A DNA stretch of 64,000 bases from Rebecca billardiae RCC1528 (lineage: Eukaryota > Protista > Haptophyta): the NCBI GenBank assembly GCA_965240325.2, contig OZ251224.1:2046001-2110000 (forward strand), in the 5' to 3' direction. Below are positions 45,994-57,209 of the stretch, piece after piece (position 1 is the stretch's first letter; each line of letters starts with the position of its first letter). The notes under the pieces are model-generated. The model was given only the letters and a program-made list of their open reading frames with translations, ran no database searches and was not told the DNA's origin. The translations under genes and the position numbers were made by a program.

Positions 45994-46549
45994 TTTATCT
46001 GTTGATAGTCACGCCGGGCCTACAGTCTGGGTGCTGGTCGATGCTTGACGATCATTGAGGCAGCTTGGCTGGGTAGTTGCATTCACCACACTCACAAGTG
46101 ATAGGGGCATAGGGCGGCGACAACTCATCCGCCTCATTATTTAAAATATATTAAATGTATTAAGGAGCTACTCGGCGGAGCTAAACTGCTTAGTGATATA
46201 TAATGCTACTTCGTCATGGGTAATTAAGAGCACGCAAGCTGGACGCGGCGCGTGGTTGATGACCGATTCTCCGTTTTTAGTTACGGCCGCCATGACGACA
46301 AGGGCTAATTGGGCATCTCCAATTTGAGCGGGCCCGCGAGTTGCCAACATGCGTAGGAATGATTCGTCGTCTATCCCACTTTTTGAGTGCTCCAAGCGCT
46401 CTTGAGCCCCGATCTGAGTCGATCTCCACTCTATCCTACCGCGGCGAAGGTTGGCGACGTCGCATCATCAACCGAAGAGCGCGCCGAAGCCGAACTGCGA
46501 AAACAACATCCGCTGAAGGAGGAGGCGGGCGCGAGATCGGTGCGGGTCA

Positions 46550-48304
46550 ATGCCACATCCCGACGACCACGAGTGGAGCGCAACGCCGACGGACGAGATG
46601 GACGAAGGCGACGAGGGTGGCCTCCAGGACGGACACCACGCGAACGACGAAGGTGAATCGCCAGCGGCTAACACCAGCCAGCCTGAGCAGACCATCCAGC
46701 AGCTGCAGGACGGCAATGCCGAGTGTGCGCGCGATAACGCGCCCGCAACAAGCTTGGATGAAGACGGCTCACACGGCCTGGGGGTGGAGGTGAGTACCGA
46801 GGCGGGTACCGCGCCGGCACTGGCGCCTGCTGCGAACGCCTCCCCGCAAGGAGCAGACCGAGACGACGAGGAGGCCACGCCCGCGGAAACACCAGCAGCC
46901 GAGCAGCACGCGCAGCCCGGCGGCGGGAGCAGCGACGACGCGCCGAAGCAGGAGCAGGTGTGGTGGCGTGGGACGGTCCCGAAGACATCACGCTTCATCG
47001 GCGTCTCAAGATACCAGGGCAAGTGGCGCTCGTTCATCAACGTGCATGGCCGAGGCATGGAGCTGGGCAAGTTCGAGAGCGAGGTCACGGCAGCGGAGGC
47101 GTACGATCGCTGGGCGTACTATCTCGACCGCAAGCTCAACTTCCCAGAGCCGGGATCAGGCTTCACTCCGCTCAGCGAGGAGGAGCTGGCTTTGGCCAAT
47201 CCAAGCCGCCCATTCACGAGCACCGATGGCCGGGACAAGCGCCTGCGTGACCCCGCTTCGTGCAAGCGGCCCGAGAGGATGGCCGACCTCAGCTTCGGAG
47301 GGTCCTTGCACATGCCGCCGGCCAAGCGGGCGCGCCGTGCTGCAGCCGAGGGCGGCGAGGAGCAGGAGAGTGTGGCCGGGACCGGCCGCGGGCCGGCGGA
47401 AGCAGTGAGTGGTGCTCCAGAAGTCATCACAATCGACGGCGGCGACGACGGTGACGGTGCGGAGCAGACATCGCGCGCGCGCGCTGCTCGTGGCGCGCGC
47501 CCCAAGGCCAAGCAACCTTCGCCGTCGCCGCCGCAGAGAGCCCCCCCCACGTCGAAGTACAACGGCGTGTCGAAGAGCGGCGGCATGGCGCGCCCTTGGC
47601 AGGCACGCATCCAGAACGAGTCGCTTGGTGCGTTCGACAGCGAGCTGGAGGCGGCGAAAGCTTACGACGCCGCCGCCAGCCTGCCTCGGCGCCGCGTGCT
47701 GTTTGCTTGCAAGCTCAACCGCGACAAGTTTCCGGAAGATTTTGACCATCAGCGCGAGGCGCGGCGCCCGGACAGCCGCACCATGCACACACCGGCAGTG
47801 CCACCGCCCCAAACGGACGCGCAGGCCCCCGCAGCTCCGGCAGACGCCACGCTCCACGCCGGTGACGCGCCCATGTTCTCTGCACCCCGACCGGCGGCTG
47901 CGGACGAGGTGCAGTGCCCGGTCGGCGGTGCGACCACAACGATGCCAAACGCAAACACCGCGCAGCCACCGCACACGGCCACGGCGGCGCCCCAGACCGA
48001 CGATACGCCGCCGCCCGCTGCCGCACCACCGGCGATGCCGCCCACCGCCTCCGAGGCACCCGCCGCAGGCGCGAGCGCCGCGCCCAATTCCACCGCACAG
48101 GCCGCATCGTCACGCGCTGCTCCAACGCCTGCCGCTCCCAGCGCCGGCGACGGCCGCGGCGCCAACGTCAACGTGGATGCAGCCAAGACACCCGCGGAGA
48201 CTCTCGTGGCTGGCATGACGCTCATCAACGACATGGCACACCAGGACCCGAGCCTACGCGATCTCGTACGCCCAGTCATCGAGCAGCTCCTTGCGCAGAA
48301 ATAG
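46550..48304 (+). CDS. AP2/ERF transcription factor with two AP2 domains
   Basis: TSRFIGVSRYQGKWRSFI...LGKFESEVTAAEAYD...LNFP and TSKYNGVS...PWQARIQNESLGAFDSELEAAKAYD...KLN. NLS-like PPAKRARR. Confidence 0.88.
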   Translation: MPHPDDHEWSATPTDEMDEGDEGGLQDGHHANDEGESPAANTSQPEQTIQQLQDGNAECARDNAPATSLDEDGSHGLGVEVSTEAGTAPALAPAANASPQGADRDDEEATPAETPAAEQHAQPGGGSSDDAPKQEQVWWRGTVPKTSRFIGVSRYQGKWRSFINVHGRGMELGKFESEVTAAEAYDRWAYYLDRKLNFPEPGSGFTPLSEEELALANPSRPFTSTDGRDKRLRDPASCKRPERMADLSFGGSLHMPPAKRARRAAAEGGEEQESVAGTGRGPAEAVSGAPEVITIDGGDDGDGAEQTSRARAARGARPKAKQPSPSPPQRAPPTSKYNGVSKSGGMARPWQARIQNESLGAFDSELEAAKAYDAAASLPRRRVLFACKLNRDKFPEDFDHQREARRPDSRTMHTPAVPPPQTDAQAPAAPADATLHAGDAPMFSAPRPAAADEVQCPVGGATTTMPNANTAQPPHTATAAPQTDDTPPPAAAPPAMPPTASEAPAAGASAAPNSTAQAASSRAAPTPAAPSAGDGRGANVNVDAAKTPAETLVAGMTLINDMAHQDPSLRDLVRPVIEQLLAQK

Positions 48305-48822
48305 TCCCGCCTTGATGATTTAATTTGCCTGTTGATATGTAGTTATCTGCTGATCGTCAGCACTTCGTCCCAGCCTGGCTTGTTAATGTTTTATTAATTG
48401 GCGCGGCCGCGGGCTCAGCCGCAGGCGGCTGCAGCCGCTCAGCTTCAGCAGTCATCCCGGTAGCTAATCTGCTATCTCATCGTCATCATAATCGTCATCA
48501 TCAACTCCGAAATAAAGTACAGCAGGAATTAGTCGTAGTGATTCAATATTTATTAAATTAAATTACGACACCTAGGCGGCTGCTATATTCATTAACCCGT
48601 AGTAGTAGTAGTCAATAGACGCGTACACTAATGCGATCTAGTGTTGTAGTAGCCATACTGTTACTCCTCTCCGTCTCTCGTCATGTCGATCTGCTGATGA
48701 GGCCCCGCAACAAACACGGTACGTACGACACTGCAATCGGCGGAGGCACACAATGCGGCGGGCACTACGTGGAATATGGCCTTCGGGGCAAGAGGCCCTT
48801 GACGATCTGGCTTCGAATGAGG

Positions 48823-50130
48823 TTATCCGCCATTGGCGATCGTCACGCCGGTAGCACCAGGCCGCCACACGTTCGCAGCGTCCTGGTTGCCAACGCGCGC
48901 GATGCCCTTGACCGCCGGATTCTCGCCCTTCGCCTCGGCGCTGCCGTGGGCGTGCCACAACACGTTGTACGCGTTGACAAACTCGTCTATGTTCACGTAG
49001 CAGCCACGGAGCAGGCGCGTGCCGCCGTTGGACTCGTACCCGCGTCGCCCGTGCGCGAGCCTCCGGTTGCTGAACGCCAGCATCTCGCCCGGCTGCAGCC
49101 TGTACACCCAGCCGCGCTCGTCCTCCAGCCGGCCGATCAGCCGCTCGAACAGCGCGTACGCGCGGTAGTAGGGCTCCACGTCCTCCAGGGGCGCCTGCAG
49201 CGGCCCCTCGAACGGCGGGCTCCAGAAGCACGCGCTCACGCCGCCGCCGGCCGCGCGGACGATGTGCGGCCGGCGGTACCGCATGCTCACCGGCCGCTCG
49301 CGCGCGTGGTGCTCCTTCATGAACGTGGCGGGCACGCGCGCGAGCGTCTCAAACGCGTCGGGCTCCTCGATCGCGAGCAGCTCCGCCGCCTCGACCACGT
49401 CGACGAGGACGCTCTCGCCGCCGCTGACGCACGCGTCGAATTGGCGGCAGTGGAGGAACTGCAGGCCGGGTGGCGACTCGTAGTACGCCAGATCCTGGTG
49501 CAGGCCCAGCGCGCCCGACGTGTACGCCACGTTGATGGCGTTCGGCTGGTCGATCACGTCCCAAGCGCGCCCGTAGATCGTGGGCATCACCGGCGCGATG
49601 CGCTCGGCGAGCGCGCACACGGCGTCCGCCGAGTCTGGGACGCCGTCGACGATGCAGACGCCCGTCTCGGCGATGTGGCTCACCCACTTCCACAGCCCCT
49701 CCGTGCTCGCGCCATCGAGCACGGCGTCGCACGAGATGCGCGGCAACGGCCGGCGCGGCGCGTTCGGCGCGTGCGAAAACACCGCGGGGGACAAGAAGCT
49801 GTGCGCATGCTCGCGCAGCCACGGCACGTCAAAGGACGTGGCTGCATCAGCGCCTTGGTCTGCCCAGCTCATGGTGACCCGATCGCCGCCGTCCGAGATG
49901 GCCGCGTTCGCGAGCATCGAGGCGGCTGGCACGCTTGCAGGCGTGAGCGCCTTCTGATTGGAAGCGTTGCGGCGGGAGGGGCAGTTGTCGCGAAGCCAGA
50001 GCGCGTGGTACCGCGCTTCGAAGCCATCCGCAAACTCCAGCTGCAGGGAGCGCCCGTCCGGTGCGACGGCGAGCTTGAGCGCACGCAGATTTGCGGCCTG
50101 CGCGGGCGTTGAGGAGAGCAGGCGTCGCAT
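48823..50130 (-). CDS. Gamma-butyrobetaine dioxygenase-like (BBOX1/TMLHE, TauD family) 2OG-Fe(II) oxygenase
   Basis: WLRDNC N-domain, NVAYT..LGLHQDLAYYESPPGLQFLHC (HxD), NRRLAHGR, RLLRGCY. Mitochondrial-type leader MRRLLSS. Confidence 0.9.
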   Translation of the reverse strand: MRRLLSSTPAQAANLRALKLAVAPDGRSLQLEFADGFEARYHALWLRDNCPSRRNASNQKALTPASVPAASMLANAAISDGGDRVTMSWADQGADAATSFDVPWLREHAHSFLSPAVFSHAPNAPRRPLPRISCDAVLDGASTEGLWKWVSHIAETGVCIVDGVPDSADAVCALAERIAPVMPTIYGRAWDVIDQPNAINVAYTSGALGLHQDLAYYESPPGLQFLHCRQFDACVSGGESVLVDVVEAAELLAIEEPDAFETLARVPATFMKEHHARERPVSMRYRRPHIVRAAGGGVSACFWSPPFEGPLQAPLEDVEPYYRAYALFERLIGRLEDERGWVYRLQPGEMLAFSNRRLAHGRRGYESNGGTRLLRGCYVNIDEFVNAYNVLWHAHGSAEAKGENPAVKGIARVGNQDAANVWRPGATGVTIANGG

Positions 50131-50312
50131 CGTCACGATGACGCCGCCGACTCGGGGAGCCGCCGACGAGAGTACAACGGTGGGCCGAACAGGAAAGGCT
50201 GCGGCGGACGAACCTCTCGAGGAAATTGAAAATGACGCACGGGAAGCACCCGGAACCCGTCCGGTGGACTCCTCTGGCTCATCACAGTCCTTGCCAACGC
50301 CGGACTCGGACG

Positions 50313-51056
50313 ATGGCAGCGGCGGGTCCCGACGCGAATCGTCACGATGATGTCAACGGCCTCCCCCTGGACGCGCTGCGGCTGATCGTGGCGTGTCTGG
50401 ACGCCCGTTCGTTGCACGCAGCATCTCTGATCGGCCGTGGTGCGGCCATTGCCCGTGCAGCCCGCGACGACGCTGCGTGGGAGCTGCACTGCCTTCGAGA
50501 CTTTCCAGAACACATGCCCGTGCGCAACTCGGCTCATCGTCACTACTTGACTTGTCGCGAGCGCGTGCACGGCCCGCGGTATAGGCTGCGTGCATGCGCA
50601 CGTGGCCAGCTGCCATTCTTATCCTCGCTGGGAGGCGCGCACGCGCAGTCGCTGCCAACGACGCTGTCGTTTGGGATCGTGTGCGATATTGTGAAGCTGC
50701 ACGAGTGCTCGGAGTCCAAATACCGTGCCGCCGCTGCTTGGATCGGCCGACGCACCGCTGACGGGCCGGACGAGAAGCGGCTGAGCGCGGCACTGCGCGA
50801 GGCATACCAGTGCGTGTTCCCACCCTCTGGCACCGCCAGCAAGGCAGATCGGAACGCGCGCACGCGGAGCAGTGCCGGAAAGCAGATCAAGGGGCCGATG
50901 CTGGTGGACATGGGCGAGCCGGGGCAAAGAGAAGCCGAGCTTGCGGGGCTCCTCGACCAGCCGGCAGTGCGCACCTGCGTCGACTCCTACGGCAGATTCC
51001 TAGTCGCGCCCATCCGCGAGCCACGCTGGCTCCGCCACCACGCCACAACATTCTGA
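50313..51056 (+). CDS. F-box protein, unknown C-terminal domain
   Basis: GLPLDALRLIVACLDARSL...ARDDAAWELHCLRDFP. Confidence 0.7.
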   Translation: MAAAGPDANRHDDVNGLPLDALRLIVACLDARSLHAASLIGRGAAIARAARDDAAWELHCLRDFPEHMPVRNSAHRHYLTCRERVHGPRYRLRACARGQLPFLSSLGGAHAQSLPTTLSFGIVCDIVKLHECSESKYRAAAAWIGRRTADGPDEKRLSAALREAYQCVFPPSGTASKADRNARTRSSAGKQIKGPMLVDMGEPGQREAELAGLLDQPAVRTCVDSYGRFLVAPIREPRWLRHHATTF

Positions 51057-51259
51057 CGGCCGAGCCACGGCGCCCTCGGGGCCTGGCAACGTCGGAGTTG
51101 GCGCCGCAGGCCACTCTGGCAACTCTTATAGCAAATGTTTTCAATGGTAAAGCTCGTCATCAGACATGGACGCTTGCTGTCTCACTCACACTAATAGGCA
51201 GGACTGCGCTGGCATCTCACAGTCTCAGCAGCGGGGCCTTGCCAACAACAATAATAATG

Positions 51260-51294
<35 letters not shown>

Positions 51295-53487
51295 CAGTTA
51301 ATATGGTAGCCGTACGCTATAATTTTATAGACGATACACACGGACTGATGTCTGATCTGATGAGCGTTGATGAGCCGATCATCGTGACTGCGGCGCTCGC
51401 GGACCGTCGAGTCCTTCGACGACGGTCGAGTGCACCGCTGCACGCCACACTGGCGGCTAAGTTTATTTATAAGTTAAGTAGGTAATACTGGCTGCTGCTA
51501 CTACTAGAAGTGAGTACTACTGAGTACTGACTAATAATTACTCGTGAAGAAGTCAAGTCGTGGCTAGTTACTCTACGACTACTACTATAATTCTAGTACT
51601 AGTTACTACTAGTCATCAGGCTTATCAGCAGCAATATTTAATCCGAGCGGCACTACATAGCTAACTACAGCAGCACCTTGACTCTCAGCCACCGTGAGAC
51701 CGGCATGCTCCGACCTCGGATGTCTGGATGAGTCGGAGAGGGCGAGGCGATCGACGGATCGACCGAGAGTAGTCCGATACGCAGCCAGTACGTAGTCTCA
51801 AGTCTGTCGTCTGATGACTATAAGTGGACTCAGACTTTGTGCGCCGTCGCGGTCGCCAGCGTGCGCCGCCGTTCGGACCCGCTCACGCTGAGGCGGATTC
51901 AGACGTGCCAGACGAGACTATCCTTTGAGTGTTGACAGTGAGGAGTGAATAATGATGGTGAGTGGAACGTGTGACAGGCCGCGTCTGCGGACGGATGACT
52001 GAGCTGTGAGCAAACGAAGCCTTTCTGTGAGCCGCCGGCTTGACGCCGGCCTACGGGCCCCTGGCCCCCTGGTCACACACAAAAGTCCGACCGTTTGCAG
52101 CGAGGTTCCGACGTCGGACCGTCCGGCCGCGACACTCTGGGCTATGCCCGGCGCCGGTGGCCTCGACTGGCTACTACTGCTAGTTAGTAGCTACGACTGC
52201 TTTCGCCCTGCTTACAATAAATTCAATACACGTAGCATACTGAACTTAGTAGTACTTACCTGATTGGCACCGCCAATTTACACATATAATTATGTCAATA
52301 ACATGTGAGTATGACCGCCGGGCTCAGAGTCGCAGCCAGCGCGTGGATGTTACGCACATACGCAGCATAGTGCATACGGTCCGGGACGTACTTGTTACGT
52401 AAGCTACCCCATCAACTCAAGTCTCAGCAATGCTGCGTTACCTGACTGACGGCCTTCGAGCCCTCCTGACGACAGCCGCCTGACCCGTCACCGGCAGGCC
52501 CGCGTCTGGGCGCGCGCACCGCGGGCTGGCCGGCACCCGCCAGTGACCCGGTACGGTGCGGTACCGGCGGTCACGGCCCGCGCGCGCGCGCTCGTCCCGG
52601 GCAGATAGGGGTCGATCTCGTTACTCGTTAGTCGAGTAGGACTTCGATGGCGGCTGCTGATAGCCCGTAGCCGTCAGTCGGCCGCGATAAGCCTCGGATC
52701 AAATACTTATGTAACATATTACGACTATTAGCTAGTGAACGTGACCTGAATGAAGTCAGGGCTGGCACTAATCACCGGGCTGCAGAGTGTGACAGTCCGG
52801 ACGATGCGGACGGTACGACTACGAGTACGACCGCCGCAGATCATCTGAACAGTACTTGACCCCTGATGGACGGCCTCGGCCGGGTGGCACCCCGCCCTGC
52901 ACGGTACCCGACGCGGCTTTTGTTGGCGGTCTTGGCGGAAACACTTAACGCCGCCGAAACACGATCATCAGTCGTCACGACGACGGCATCGTCGCAGACG
53001 CATGCCGCGACGGCGCGACACGGTTCGTAACGGATTACCGGATTGAGCCACTCTCGGGCACTCTCATGCACTGTCCGACGGGCACTCTCATGCACTGTCC
53101 GACTCATAGACATACTACTCACTCAGACTGCTTCGTCTCGGAATAGTAGTAGCTTCAACAGTCATGGCGTTGCTGGCCGTTGGGCAAACGCCCGAAGTGG
53201 GCACGGGCCGGGGCCTGTGGTAATGCGCGGGCACTCAGTGCAGGCGGACGGAGTCCGAGGACTTCATGGGCCGCAGCTTCCGTATTGCCAGCAGCCCCGG
53301 GGCCGCTGTGTCCGCCGTGTCGTGCTGAGAAGCGTTCGCCAAAGCGCCACGATGCTGTGCAGGACCTGCAGGCACAGCTCAGATTGCTACACCATTGTGC
53401 ATGATCTGAGACGCCTAGATCAAGCCGCGGCCCATTCGAGCGCGTCCTCTCCCAGCCAGCAAGCGATGCACACAGCCACAAAGGTGC

Positions 53488-53852
53488 CTATTGCATGCCA
53501 TCCACCTGTTGTTGTGAGCGCGCTGCCATCGTCTGGCTCACGACGGTCATCGTGTCGAGGTAGCGGTCCATGCACTTCGCCAAGCAGGTCTGGTCGTTGT
53601 TATCCAGCTTCGCACCCGGCTTCACAATGCACTTGACGTAGCACTTGTCTGTGATTTTCTGCTCGGCGGCGCACGCGCGGCAGATCAAGGCAGGCAATGA
53701 GAACGCTGCTCTTCGCGGGCCAGGGGGGAGGGGCCCGGGAAGGCGTGCACGCTGGACTGCTGTCACACCTGGAACAGATCCTGGAGAGCTGCCGCCGCGA
53801 GCTCATTCTGCACCTTCTTCTTCGTGCCCTCCACGTCGAAGGGCTCGCCCAT
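53488..53852 (-). CDS. TIM13: Mitochondrial small Tim chaperone Tim13; intron 53659-53768
   Basis: VQNELAAAALQDLFQ|KITDKCYVKCIVKPG...CLAKCMDRY (twin CX3C). Confidence 0.9.
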
Positions 53853-54052
53853 CTTCACGCGAGCCGAACGATGGCGCCTGCTGACTGACACGTGGTTCTG
53901 CTTGGCGCTGGCGGATTGCTCAGCGCCCTTGGTCAGCCTTGGTTGCTCAGCGGCTGCTGCTCGGAACTCGATGGAGCTTCGATGGAGCTTCGTCATTTTC
54001 AGCGCCGGCGTCCAACCGCGGAAGGAACTCGACGCGGGCCAAACCGCAGCGC

Positions 54053-55557
54053 ATGATGGCGGGCATCTTCCTCCTTCCGCTCGCCCTCGCCGAGCAGCGA
54101 AGCGTGACCTGGTACTCCGAGCCGATCCATTTGCGGCCCTCGGAGGTCCACAATCGCGTGGGTACGCCAATTCGCCTGCCCCCCAGCCTCTCGCGCGACT
54201 TTGCCAACTCGTCGATTGCCGTGCGGTCGTTCACGGTGGATGTGGTGACTGTGGATGGCGGGAACGGCGAGGAGCGCAGCGTGCCCCTGCACGAGGCGTA
54301 CAACCACCACTACATTGTCTTTGCGGGGTCCAAGCACGGCATCGAGCAGCTTTACAACCACACGGCGGCCGACGGCTTCGATCCGCTCGGCGGAACATGC
54401 GAGAAGCCGCCATCCAACGAGCTGCTCAGCATGCGGACGCACAAGGCGCACCGCGCTGGCTTCACGCAGTTCGGCGGCGCGTCGGGCGCCGAGTTCCGCA
54501 ACAACCCGCACGATTACCCTGAGCCATACACGTACATCATCCCGACCCCGGAGCACGCGCTCGTCCTGCTGCACCTCATCAACCAGCAGCCGCTCGCGGA
54601 TGGCGCGGCGCACGCCGACGCCGAGGCGAGCCGCGGGCCGCCATACTTCGAGTGCCCGTGCACGCCGCAGCGAGATTTTGACCTGGCCGCTGGGACCATC
54701 GACGGCTGCTACCCGCGCCCGCCGTTCGAGTGCACGGACGCGCTCCGCGCGCAGCGCAACAGCGGCTGCTCTCTCGAGCAGTACTATGGCGGCTACCGCT
54801 GCTGCGAGCACGGCGTTTTCCTGGCAGACACGGCGAAGCACGACGTGCGGCGCGGGCCCGTGAGCACGTACATGCTCAAGTTCACGCTCAACTACCGCGC
54901 GCACCTGCCGGCGCACGATCGGCCGCTCCATCCTACCGCGTGCTGCGACGTGACGGAGGGCATGCGCACACCGAGCAGCCGGAGGTTTGGTGGCAACGTC
55001 GAGTACGACATCCCGCAGTGTGCCAAGGGCACGCCTACCGAGCAGTGCGTGCACGTGGCCACCAGCGTGCACCCCGTCGACTGGACGGGCCCAGAGGACA
55101 AGCACGATCCTAACGAGATAATCGAGGTGCGCGCGCGTGCGCCCGCGCCGAGATCCGCCCGGCCGGCACCGTGTCTCATCCGCCCTGCCCCCACGCGCTT
55201 GTGCCCGCCTGTCATTCTTGGCCAAATGCGCGCTCGCAGCTCGTCCATGCTGTGGGACACCTTCACGTGGGCGCGCTTCACATTGATCTCATCGACGAGC
55301 TCACTGGCCAGCTCATCTGCCGCTCGGTGCCGACGTACGGCTCATCCAAAGCGGCGGGCGACGAGGAGGGCTATCTCACTGGCATCCAGCCATGCGTGTG
55401 GGGCCCGCCGCCGCTGCCGCCACCGCCTCGATTCAAGCGCTCGCATCCAGTGCGCACGATTGCACACTACAACTCGACGAAGCCGCACGCGGGCGTGATG
55501 TCCCTCTGGCTGATGAGCGCAGCGGTCGTGGCTTCCCCCGCCGCTGCTAGCATCTAA
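54053..55557 (+). CDS. Stress up-regulated Nod19 (SURNod19)-like secreted protein; intron 55127-55239
   Basis: Signal peptide, VPLHEAYNHHY, ECPCT, YYGGYRCC, VEYDIPQC, GHLHVG, ICRSVPTYG..AGDEEGYLTGIQPC, YNSTKPHAGVM. Confidence 0.82.
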
Positions 55558-56012
55558 GCTAGCTCGCCGCAAATCGCGGTACTACGTGCGCGCGTGCTGG
55601 CCTTTACCATCGATCGTCGTCTGACCCGGTGGCCGGCGGCACCTGACGCGGAACTTGTTGGTGATTCGCCAAGCACGTGCTTGTAATTATGAATTACATC
55701 AGCCACATCATGCAGACTGATCGATGATCAGTCGATCATCGTCCGAAGATAATCTTAACTACTGTATTTGAATTGTTATTAGCGATATATATATATATAT
55801 ATATATTTATTTCGAGTTAATGGTGAAAAGGTCTCATCAATCTGACAATCAATAATCAGCGGCTGCCTAGCTGCCGCGCGCAGCGCGGGCGGCGTGAGTC
55901 GTGACAGCACGCGTTTAATATAAAATTGGCGGGTTTACGACTCTACGACTCTACGAGTAAGCTACTACGGTAGCTAATTCAAATTGAACTGAACTATATA
56001 TATATACCGCCA

Positions 56013-57077
56013 TCATAATGGCTTGCCGGAGGGCACGCAGTCTGCCGAAGACCGCGACAGATGCCTCTGCGATGGAGCCGCGGCCGCGTGGGTGGGAACG
56101 GGGCGCGCCGCAGACTGCACAGGCGGATGAGCAGGAGAGTTGCCAGAGAGGGTGTCGATCATCTGGCTCAGGCCACTTTTCGCCACCTCGTAGCCGAGGA
56201 AAGCCGCTGCAGACGACGGTGCCGCTTTGACGAGGCTCGGCACGACGCCGCGGAACAGCGCCGCCGCGCCCTCTTCGCGGCAGATGGTCACGAGGCAGTG
56301 CCCGAGGTTGCGGTACACGGGCACGCTGCGGAGCCCGGAGGCCTCCTGATGATGCGACGGCATGTGCACTCCCTGCATCTGCATGCGCTTCTTCGCTAGA
56401 TCGAGCGGGTAGACGAGAAGTTTGCTCACCGTGCCTGCCGTGGCGCCGTACAGCGTGAGTGAGCCGAGCTGGAGTGTCTCCGACGGCGTGAGCGCCTGCA
56501 GCCCCTCGTAGATGGCGAAGTTGAATCCCATGTAGGGCACGATCTGCACGATCGCAGGCGTGATCCCCTTGTAGAGGTCCAGCACGGTGGCCACCGGGGC
56601 GAGGACGATGCTGCGCGCGGTGTGGTGGATCGTGTGCTCTGTTCGCGTGTGACCGAGCACGGCGCCACGCGTACGCAGCACGTCCAGAGGGAACGTGGCC
56701 GCCGTCGCCACGGCGCCAGCGGCGCCACCGGCGACCATGCCGACGGCCATGGCTGAGAAGCCCGAGGACTCGGCTGCGCGCTTGATCGCCCCAAAGGTGC
56801 TGAACTGGACGGCGGAGTAGGCACAGTAGAGCTTAAGGGCGGGCAGGTTGCCCGCCCAGAAGGCCAGCGGGCCCTCCTTCCGTGCAATGTTGACTGCGAG
56901 CACCCCCATCTCGGCGAGGCTGCCAAAGCCCGTGACGCGGCCCACGTGGGTCGCGCGGGTGCAGAGCTGCATCCGAATCTTGATCACATCGAGTGGCGCG
57001 ATGACCATGCGCGCTGCCACGCCAGCAACCGCCCCGGCCGCGGCGTCGATAGCCCCATTCCCCTTTCCCTCGCGCAT
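56013..57077 (-). CDS. SLC25A19: Mitochondrial carrier, thiamine pyrophosphate carrier-like (SLC25A19/TPC1)
   Basis: Three PxDxxKxR-type repeats (PLDVIKIR, PLDVLRTR, PLDLAKKR), AFWAGNLPA..LY..YSAVQF and QIVPYMG. Substrate assignment is less certain than the family. Confidence 0.78.
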   Translation of the reverse strand: MREGKGNGAIDAAAGAVAGVAARMVIAPLDVIKIRMQLCTRATHVGRVTGFGSLAEMGVLAVNIARKEGPLAFWAGNLPALKLYCAYSAVQFSTFGAIKRAAESSGFSAMAVGMVAGGAAGAVATAATFPLDVLRTRGAVLGHTRTEHTIHHTARSIVLAPVATVLDLYKGITPAIVQIVPYMGFNFAIYEGLQALTPSETLQLGSLTLYGATAGTVSKLLVYPLDLAKKRMQMQGVHMPSHHQEASGLRSVPVYRNLGHCLVTICREEGAAALFRGVVPSLVKAAPSSAAAFLGYEVAKSGLSQMIDTLSGNSPAHPPVQSAARPVPTHAAAAPSQRHLSRSSADCVPSGKPL

Positions 57078-57209
57078 GCACAGGTGCGCACCTTCGACCC
57101 GGGAGCCACACGGGTACCGAGACACGAGCGATCGGAATCTCGCGGCCGCCCGCCAAGCCGAGCTCCAGACGAGCACAGCAGCTCAAAAGCAGCATGGCTG
57201 CCACTGGCG

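Larger units (their letters stand above)
43125..47243 (+). repeat. Tandem segmental duplication (~1.4-kb unit: GT49 3' end, intergenic DNA, AP2 5' half); unit 2 carries element E
   Basis: 43125-44557 aligns with 44557-47243 after removing 44664-45993. Confidence 0.92.

Noticed and set aside
52253-52262. TACTTACCTG, matching the U1 snRNA 5' end
   Set aside because: Downstream sequence lacks recognisable U1 stem-loops and an Sm site. More likely chance or a minus-strand splice-donor-like motif.
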